A stretch of 24,190 nucleotides of DNA from a virus (Duplodnaviria; Caudoviricetes), in IMG/VR virus record IMGVR_UViG_3300027764_000323, positions 1 to 24,190 of that record; one strand, written 5' to 3'. The notes beneath the pieces are model-generated. The model searched no databases and was not told where the DNA came from. It saw only the letters and a list, made by a program, of their open reading frames with translations. Below are positions 18,093 to 24,190 of the stretch, piece after piece; positions within the stretch are counted from its first letter, which is position 1; every line of letters starts with the position of its first letter. The position numbers were made by a program, and so were the translations under genes.

Positions 18093-19661
18093 ATGGCATC
18101 TACATTAACTCCAACAATGACTATTGCTACAATGGGTCTTATTAAAGATAAAGGCCTAGATATCAATGCATCACTACTCACTACTATCACTAGTTTAAGA
18201 ACAACTGGGATAAGTGGTGCGGTTAACACTCTAATGCCAAGTGCTAATTCAAATCCAACGCTAAGCACTGCATTGCATAGCATACCTTCATTTTTATCTG
18301 GACTTATTACTACTACTCCAGTTGGATTTAATAGTAGCATATTGGTAGAGGAAATACAATCACAAGCTAATGCTATAATGAGCAAGGGTGTTGGTGGATT
18401 TGTAAGTATGTTAGGAGCCGCCAGTTCATTTGCTGAAATGAACTACAATATGCATGGAATTATTGCACAATCTAATGCGGCAGTCTTTTCTGATTTTGGT
18501 TTTACCATAAACAATTTTAAATCTTTACGCACTGGTGGTATATCTAATCAGTTTGTGCCTTCTCACTTGCCAGCATTAGCAAAAGGTATTAAAAATTTTG
18601 GTACGATGTTTAGTATTGCAGATTTTTCAAAAATGGCGAATCCAGGTATTATTTGTCAAAACCTTATTAATCAAGGGTTAGGCAAATATGGTGATTTGTA
18701 TAATAAACTTATAGCTGCAGGATTTGATTTAGCTACTTTAGGAAATGAAGATTGTGATGATAAAATAGTAATGCAAATTATGTCAGGTATTACGGGGGCA
18801 GATTTGGCTTCTATAATAGCATTCACCAACTTTATACCTGCACCCGGTACTACTCTGCAAACATTAGCAGATGTTACCAATGTGACCAAGTTACTGTCTA
18901 CTTCAGGGATAGCAGCATTGGGATCTAATCCATCACTTACCTCATTATCAAATAAACTAGATAATATTGGTGGTAATTTTGCATCAACTGCTGATCTTTC
19001 TGATATGCTATTATCAATGGCAGTAACCATTTATCCAGATTTAGATCAGTTGACTACCTTATTACCGAATACTTTAACTGCTGGAGTAAGCAATATTTTA
19101 GGAATCGGTGCAGGCCCATTCGGCAATCCTAATATAACTGATATTCTGGGAGCGGTGACAGGTTCATTTTATACCGAAAACCTCAATCTGATATCAGCGT
19201 TACAATATGAAGTATCAACTATGTCAGAAGTCCAGGCACTTAGCTCAGCGCTGACTTCAGGTAACCCTTCAACTATAACTATTGCAAGTTCCGGAATAAC
19301 TTCTTCTTCTAATATTACATTACAGAATGCTATTACGGCTGGAAACGAAGTATTTCAAAAGTGTGTGGTTCAGTTGACCAATGAAAAAAGAAACATGGTG
19401 TTAGCAGGAATAGATGTAACGACGGTTGCGAATAGTGTACAAAATACAACAGCATTAGCATCCCAACTACATAGCTTTTCTGATGACCCAATGGAATTGG
19501 GAATAGGAAATCACTTAGCAATGATGGCTACCAATGATATTTACGGCCAGTCTATAAGTGCTTCATTGGAAGAAGGGCGTAATTTGGCGACCTTAGCCAA
19601 GAATAATGTCAAAACCTATACAACTTTTAATCCGATCGCATTCGCATCAACTCTAGCATAG
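18093..19661 (+). CDS. Hypothetical late (probably virion) protein, 522 aa, S/T/A/G/L-rich helical
   Basis: Long ORF with a late box; no recognisable catalytic motif. Confidence 0.6.
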   Translation: MASTLTPTMTIATMGLIKDKGLDINASLLTTITSLRTTGISGAVNTLMPSANSNPTLSTALHSIPSFLSGLITTTPVGFNSSILVEEIQSQANAIMSKGVGGFVSMLGAASSFAEMNYNMHGIIAQSNAAVFSDFGFTINNFKSLRTGGISNQFVPSHLPALAKGIKNFGTMFSIADFSKMANPGIICQNLINQGLGKYGDLYNKLIAAGFDLATLGNEDCDDKIVMQIMSGITGADLASIIAFTNFIPAPGTTLQTLADVTNVTKLLSTSGIAALGSNPSLTSLSNKLDNIGGNFASTADLSDMLLSMAVTIYPDLDQLTTLLPNTLTAGVSNILGIGAGPFGNPNITDILGAVTGSFYTENLNLISALQYEVSTMSEVQALSSALTSGNPSTITIASSGITSSSNITLQNAITAGNEVFQKCVVQLTNEKRNMVLAGIDVTTVANSVQNTTALASQLHSFSDDPMELGIGNHLAMMATNDIYGQSISASLEEGRNLATLAKNNVKTYTTFNPIAFASTLA

Positions 19662-19694
19662 AGTACTCATTCAACAGGTAGGCTTCCTTATTGC

Positions 19695-19723
19695 TTGACT
19701 CTATCATTGATCTATGATAGACT
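19695..19723 (+). promoter_or_regulatory. sigma70-type promoter
   Basis: TTGACT, 17 nt, TAGACT with an extended TG. Confidence 0.65.
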
Positions 19724-19770
19724 AAGCAGTCTGGAGTAAATTCTACCTCTAAAAATTTAAGGAGAAGAAA

Positions 19771-20346
19771 GTGAAACATATTGCAATAAGCAACAAAAAA
19801 CAGGTGCCTGATGTAACAGCATTAATCATATTGGTTTGTGCTATTCTAACGGCAATCGGATTATACTTATCTGCTAGTCTGTTAACTTGGGTCGTTAATA
19901 CAAAGTTTGATAACATAGAAAATCTCAGCCCCACTGAGGTAACTACTCAACTAAGAGAAAGACAATTAGTATGCCTAGCTAAAAATATATATTACGAAGC
20001 AGGCAATGAACCATTTGAAGGTAAAGTAGCAGTTGCACAAGTAACGATGAATCGTTTGCGTAGCGGCATCTTCCCAGATGATCTTTGTAAGGTTATCTAT
20101 CAAAAGAATATTTTCTATGAGAAAATTGTCTGCCAATTCAGTTGGTATTGTGATCGTGCAGCAACAGTTAAACCAATCAATACGGCATCGTATGATGAAA
20201 GTATGATTGTAGCAAAAAAGGTTCTACTTGAGAAATTTGAATTACCTAGTCTAAAGACCGCTTTGTATTATCACGCCGACTATATAAATCCTGGTTGGAA
20301 AAAAGAAAAGATTACACAAATCGGTCACCACATTTTTTACAAATAA
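19771..20346 (+). CDS. SleB-like cell wall hydrolase (Hydrolase_2) with N-terminal membrane anchor
   Basis: CLAKNIYYEA, AVAQVTMNR, CQFSW, YYHADY and IGHHIFY motifs; AAGGAG RBS with a GTG start. Confidence 0.9.
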   Translation: MKHIAISNKKQVPDVTALIILVCAILTAIGLYLSASLLTWVVNTKFDNIENLSPTEVTTQLRERQLVCLAKNIYYEAGNEPFEGKVAVAQVTMNRLRSGIFPDDLCKVIYQKNIFYEKIVCQFSWYCDRAATVKPINTASYDESMIVAKKVLLEKFELPSLKTALYYHADYINPGWKKEKITQIGHHIFYK

Positions 20347-20352
20347 TATATC

Positions 20353-20679
20353 ATGCAAAATCTAATACTCAATCAAATTAAACAAATTCCCGCTACGCTT
20401 ACTCATTTCGTTAAAGAACATCTAGGTAAAATTAGTGCCCATACATTAGGTTGGTTTACTATTATTCTATTACATCTGTCTAGTGTGCCAACATTATTAG
20501 CAGTATTACTAGGTAAAAGTGATAAACTACCTCCAGTTGATCTTATGTTATTTGTATGGTGCGCTCTTATTGCGATGTTCTTCAAAGCATTGATTGATCG
20601 TAATAGCCTTTATACTGCTACTATTTGTTTAGGATTCGCTGCTCAAACTGTTATCATGAGTTTGATCTTGTTTAAGTGA
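20353..20679 (+). CDS. Small membrane protein, about 3 TM helices
   Basis: Three hydrophobic segments. Confidence 0.7.
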   Translation: MQNLILNQIKQIPATLTHFVKEHLGKISAHTLGWFTIILLHLSSVPTLLAVLLGKSDKLPPVDLMLFVWCALIAMFFKALIDRNSLYTATICLGFAAQTVIMSLILFK

Positions 20680-20703
20680 TTACATTATATCGCTGTATAT
20701 AAC

Positions 20704-20710
20704 TTAAATA
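20704..20710 (+). promoter_or_regulatory. Late promoter box
   Basis: Intergenic TTAAATA followed by an AGGAG RBS. Confidence 0.55.
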
Positions 20711-20730
20711 CATTATCACAGGAGATTATT

Positions 20731-20970
20731 ATGTCAAAACGAACTACAAGTGACGATATTGAATCAGCCATTAAAGATTTCTATGAAACTAAAACTCATG
20801 AAATTGAAGATACTGATTGTGGGATTCTCCTAGATATTAATGGTAATCTAAAATCATTATTCGGGCCAGATGAAATGTTCGCTGACCCCTCTGAGCTAAT
20901 GCTAAAACTATTTGAGGTTTTAGGCATAAATGACCCGGATAGGTTCCAACCAGCACATACCATACATTGA
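20731..20970 (+). CDS. Small acidic hypothetical protein
   Basis: AGGAG RBS; 17 D/E versus 7 K/R in 79 aa. Confidence 0.75.
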   Translation: MSKRTTSDDIESAIKDFYETKTHEIEDTDCGILLDINGNLKSLFGPDEMFADPSELMLKLFEVLGINDPDRFQPAHTIH

Positions 20971-21000
20971 GGGTGAAAAACAGGCAGATTTCTAGCCTTT

Positions 21001-21049
21001 GTTGTCAAAAAACAACGAAAAATCTCACTTTTAGTTGCGGAAAAACGAC
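21001..21049. promoter_or_regulatory. Two GTTG-N8-C[A/G]AC operator-like boxes
   Basis: GTTGTCAAAAAACAAC (21001-21016) and GTTGCGGAAAAACGAC (21034-21049). Confidence 0.5.
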
Positions 21050-21057
21050 GGTTTCGG

Positions 21058-21086
21058 TTGACAGTACCAACACACAGTGTTATAAT
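21058..21086 (+). promoter_or_regulatory. Perfect consensus sigma70 promoter
   Basis: TTGACA, 17 nt, TATAAT with an extended TG. Confidence 0.9.
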
Positions 21087-21092
21087 TTCTTT

Positions 21093-21419
21093 ATGGAAAT
21101 GAAGAAAAGCACTCGCAGGCGTCGCAACGACACCAACCATGCAGTCTACTGCATCACCAATACTGTTACAAACGAACAGTATGTTGGTATCACTGTGTGC
21201 GGCCGTCAAGTTGAAAAGGCACTGAAGGTCCGTGTCCAAAAACATATCCGTCGTGCATTGACTGAAAATAAAAGCTGGGCATTGTGCGAATCTATTCGTG
21301 AGTTTGGCGTAGAATCATTCACTTATGGCTTGCTGGAAGTTGTTCGTGGTCGGGCTGCTGCTCATGTGCGTGAACGAGCGTTGGTTTATGAATTCATCCC
21401 AGCATTGAATTCCCATTAA
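21093..21419 (+). CDS. GIY-YIG nuclease (single domain, 108 aa)
   Basis: AVYCITN...QYVGIT with downstream R, H and E. Start moved to ATG 21093 because the promoter lies inside the longer predicted ORF. Confidence 0.8.
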   Translation: MEMKKSTRRRRNDTNHAVYCITNTVTNEQYVGITVCGRQVEKALKVRVQKHIRRALTENKSWALCESIREFGVESFTYGLLEVVRGRAAAHVRERALVYEFIPALNSH

Positions 21420-21422
21420 TTC

Positions 21423-21429
21423 ATAAATA
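21423..21429 (+). promoter_or_regulatory. Late promoter box
   Basis: ATAAATA with an ATG 5 nt later and no SD. Confidence 0.65.
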
Positions 21430-21434
21430 ATTCT

Positions 21435-21617
21435 ATGAAAACTAACGAAATTATTAAATCGGATCTGTACGAAGAGGTTCGTAGACAAAATGATACTGGA
21501 TTACTCACTGAGGATGTTGTAAAGGTATTGGAAACTGATACTGACAATAAGTGGTCAGAACCAATGACGGCCAAAGAACTTATTGCACATATGGAGTCTT
21601 TGGGAATTAAGGCATAA
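21435..21617 (+). CDS. Small acidic protein, candidate antitoxin
   Basis: 60 aa, acidic, ends 1 nt before the RelE/YafQ-like gene. Confidence 0.5.
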   Translation: MKTNEIIKSDLYEEVRRQNDTGLLTEDVVKVLETDTDNKWSEPMTAKELIAHMESLGIKA

Positions 21618-21618
21618 T

Positions 21619-21972
21619 ATGCCTCAAGTTTTATTTTTATTTTGTGATTTATTTAAAGAAACTTTGAATAAACATATTAAAGATCCTGGCGTTGAGTCTA
21701 CCTATAAATCATTCTTGGAATTTAAATCAGAAAATCCTTTATCTAAATTTGGTAATAGCGATTATCCTTTTACTCACGGTCCTCTCAGTGGTAAACTACA
21801 TTCTAAACTTACCAGAGATATTAGTATACTATATACTATGTCTGGAACAGATACAAAAATATTTAAACTGTATGGTATATTCACGCATGATGAATCTGGC
21901 ACTGGAACCCCATCTTCTTTAAATCGGCAAAAAAGCCTATCTGCTAAAATGTCCAATCAGACTTTTTATTAA
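21619..21972 (+). CDS. RelE/YafQ-like mRNA interferase
   Basis: DYPF..GPLSG..HSKL..D.SILY....LYGIFTHDE pattern; AAGG before ATG 21619. Confidence 0.6.
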   Translation: MPQVLFLFCDLFKETLNKHIKDPGVESTYKSFLEFKSENPLSKFGNSDYPFTHGPLSGKLHSKLTRDISILYTMSGTDTKIFKLYGIFTHDESGTGTPSSLNRQKSLSAKMSNQTFY

Positions 21973-21984
21973 TGTAAAAATTGC

Positions 21985-22013
21985 TTGACAACCACCCGAT
22001 AAGGTGGTATACT
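21985..22013 (+). promoter_or_regulatory. sigma70-type promoter
   Basis: TTGACA, 17 nt, TATACT with an extended TG. Confidence 0.85.
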
Positions 22014-22041
22014 GTATTCATAGTAGACAACGGACATACAC

Positions 22042-22176
22042 ATGCAATACACATTGGTTACAAGTGCCGGGCAAGTGTTTCAATTCTATATTAAAGAGTG
22101 TGCCGAGTGCTATAAACAAGCATATGGCGGCGTGGTGTTCACTGAACAAGTCCTTACTCAAACTGAAATTGCATAA
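22042..22176 (+). CDS. Small unannotated protein (44 aa)
   Basis: MQYTLVTSAGQVFQFYIKECAECYKQAYGGVVFTEQVLTQTEIA*; first ORF after the promoter, ending 1 nt before the ligase ATG. Confidence 0.65.
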   Translation: MQYTLVTSAGQVFQFYIKECAECYKQAYGGVVFTEQVLTQTEIA

Positions 22177-22177
22177 A

Positions 22178-23482
22178 ATGAATCATATTATTGCTGAAAT
22201 TGAATCTCATCCAAGTCGGCTTGATAAAGAAGAAATTATTGAGCGTGAAGCACTAGCTGATAACCATGAATTCTTTGCTGGGCTTCGCTTGGCATTGGAT
22301 TCTATGATTACCTTTGGTATTAAACAAGTTCCGGAGAAAACAGATGAAGATGGTACTGGGTTAGCTTGGGATAGTTTTACTCTCGCTCTTACTGGCTTTG
22401 TTACCCGTCAAGTTACCGGTAACACAGCTAGGGATATGATCCAAGCAATGATGAAGTCAGCCACTAAGAAAGAATGGAATGGATGGTATCGTCGCATCCT
22501 TATTAAGGATATGCGGGCTGGATTCACTGAAGGTACCGTGAATCGTGTATGTGCTAAGAATTTTCCACAATTCAGTATCCCAGTGTTTACTTGTCAATTG
22601 GCGCATGATAGTGCCAATCATGAAACTAAGGTCGTAGGAAAGAAACTAGTTGAAGTAAAGCTAGATGGTGTTAGAGTACTAACAATTGTATACCCTGATG
22701 GTAGAGTTAACCAATTCAGCCGAAATGGTAAAGAATTAGTAAACTTTCCACATATCAAGGAACAGTTTAAGGCTACTTGCACTGGTATTACTGAGCCTGT
22801 TGTGTTTGATGGTGAAGTAATGAGTTCTAGTTTCCAGGACTTGATGAAGCAGATACACCGAAAGAGTGATGTTACTGCTAATGATGCTGTTTTGTATGTG
22901 TTTGATCTTATCCCACTTGATAAGTTTGAGCTAGGTAAGTATGGTAAGACGCAAGAAGAACGAACTGCTAAGGTCCAAGCATGGAAAGACCTTTGGGCTG
23001 AGCAAACTCCTAATGTCGCAGTATTGGATAATGAATTGATTGATCTGGATACAGCAGAAGGTCAATTAAAGTACAAAGAAATCAATATGAAAGCTATAGC
23101 TGGGGGATATGAGGGGATTATGTTAAAGGATCCTCTTGGCGTGTATGAATGTAAGCGTTCTGTTAACTGGCTAAAACTGAAACCTTTCATTGAAGTATCA
23201 TTGGGGGTGACAGATATTGAAGAAGGTACTGGTCGTAATATTGGACGCCTGGGAGCATTTGTTTGTTCTGGTGTGGATGACGGAAAAGAGATTGTCGTCA
23301 ATGTCGGTAGTGGTTTTAGCGATGCTGATAGAACTGAGTTTTGGAATAATCGTGATAGCATTACTGGTCAAATTGTTGAAGTAAGGGCTGATGCTGTAAC
23401 ACAAAACCAAGACGGTACTTATTCATTGCGCTTTCCACGATTCTTGCACTTCCGTGGGTTTGTAACTGGTGAAAAACTGTAA
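22178..23482 (+). CDS. gp30: ATP-dependent DNA ligase (T4 gp30-like)
   Basis: EVKLDGVR, FDGE, YVFD, EGIMLK and WLKLK motifs, plus OB-fold VGSGFSD and SLRFPRF. Start moved to ATG 22178. Confidence 0.95.
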   Translation: MNHIIAEIESHPSRLDKEEIIEREALADNHEFFAGLRLALDSMITFGIKQVPEKTDEDGTGLAWDSFTLALTGFVTRQVTGNTARDMIQAMMKSATKKEWNGWYRRILIKDMRAGFTEGTVNRVCAKNFPQFSIPVFTCQLAHDSANHETKVVGKKLVEVKLDGVRVLTIVYPDGRVNQFSRNGKELVNFPHIKEQFKATCTGITEPVVFDGEVMSSSFQDLMKQIHRKSDVTANDAVLYVFDLIPLDKFELGKYGKTQEERTAKVQAWKDLWAEQTPNVAVLDNELIDLDTAEGQLKYKEINMKAIAGGYEGIMLKDPLGVYECKRSVNWLKLKPFIEVSLGVTDIEEGTGRNIGRLGAFVCSGVDDGKEIVVNVGSGFSDADRTEFWNNRDSITGQIVEVRADAVTQNQDGTYSLRFPRFLHFRGFVTGEKL

Positions 23483-23736
23483 TGGATCAAAATGCTATAA
23501 GAACTGCACTATATGGTGGATTGACTGCACTTATGAATGATCGTGAATACTTTTATTCAAGCGGTGTTCCTGGATCACGATATGTAGCATGGAGTGAATC
23601 AGGAAAAAGGGCATTTTCTGACTTGATTTTAGCATTGACTCCTGCTATAGTAGAAGCAGAATTTGATGAAGCAACACACAAGTCTCAAGATATGGTATTA
23701 GACGCACTAAGGAACAATTATGATGACAAAACTTGA
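23482..23736 (+). CDS. Hypothetical protein (84 aa)
   Basis: TAATG overlap with the ligase. Confidence 0.7.
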   Translation: MDQNAIRTALYGGLTALMNDREYFYSSGVPGSRYVAWSESGKRAFSDLILALTPAIVEAEFDEATHKSQDMVLDALRNNYDDKT

Positions 23737-24190
23737 TCTGTCCGAATGGACTACACTTGATATTACTGCAAAAAACAAGATAATCAAAGATGCTCTTGTA
23801 GAAAATCTTTGTATTGTTACCTTTACCAAAGTTGATGGTGAAGTTAGGGTTATGCCTTGTACTTTGATGCCATCAATGCTACCTGAAGTTGTTGAAACTG
23901 ACAAACCAGTGGTAGTCAAAGAAAAGAAACCAGACACACTTCGGGTATGGTGTACTGATATTAAAGCCTGGCGTAGTTTTAGGGTTGATAATGTAACAGA
24001 AGTTGAGTTGGTTGCGAATGAGCAAGCAGCAAGAACATCATGGGTTCTTCCTTTAGAAGAAGATCCTGAAAATCCTGACGATTTGGTTCTTACTTTCCCA
24101 GAGGACCTTATGAAGTCTCAAGGATGGGAGATTGGTGATACATTGATTTGGGATTTTGATGAAATTACCAAGCAAGCAACTCTTACCAAG
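23720..24190 (+). CDS. WYL-like SH3/Sm domain fused to an AbrB/SpoVT-like domain (3'-truncated)
   Basis: Not in the ORF track. AAGGA RBS; open to the window end: VTFTKVDGEVRVMPCT...AWRSFRVDNV, then EDPENPDDLVLTFPEDLMKSQGWEIGDTLIW. Confidence 0.7.
   Translation, partial: MMTKLDLSEWTTLDITAKNKIIKDALVENLCIVTFTKVDGEVRVMPCTLMPSMLPEVVETDKPVVVKEKKPDTLRVWCTDIKAWRSFRVDNVTEVELVANEQAARTSWVLPLEEDPENPDDLVLTFPEDLMKSQGWEIGDTLIWDFDEITKQATLTK

Noticed and set aside
20967-21092. N-terminal extension of the GIY-YIG ORF
   Set aside because: It spans the operator-like boxes and a perfect sigma70 promoter.
22004-22177. N-terminal extension of the DNA ligase
   Set aside because: It starts inside the promoter and overlaps a better small ORF; ATG 22178 is preferred.
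1185-23937. All minus-strand ORFs and nested + strand ORFs in the track
   Set aside because: They lie within or antisense to well-supported + strand genes and show no motifs or expression signals.
1-24190. Stop-codon reassignment, tRNAs, introns or inteins
   Set aside because: Genes are intact in the standard code with TAA, TGA and TAG all used as stops; intergenic gaps are short with no cloverleaf seen; helicase and ligase are of normal length.

Overview
Segment of a large, AT-rich, T4-superfamily-like tailed phage genome. All credible genes are on the + strand and use the standard code. In order: the 3' part of a modular tail-fibre gene, a fatty-acid desaturase, primase and DnaB-like helicase, and a late-promoter block of probable head/internal proteins. 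That block includes two Pol-beta-family nucleotidyltransferases and a ligase-fold protein with T4-like capsid-targeting N-termini. Then come a PD-(D/E)XK exonuclease, a beta-helix tail protein, glutaredoxin, an NlpC/P60-type amidase, a SleB-like hydrolase, a GIY-YIG nuclease, a RelE/YafQ-like toxin with a small upstream partner, an ATP-dependent DNA ligase, and a WYL-like/AbrB-like fusion running off the end. Two promoter classes alternate: sigma70-type (-35/17 bp/-10) before DNA-metabolism genes and T4-late-like (N)TAAATA boxes before virion genes. The best candidate for a new system is the putatively capsid-packaged NTase-NTase-ligase cassette at 7052-10713. All family assignments come from motifs recognised by eye; no searches were run.
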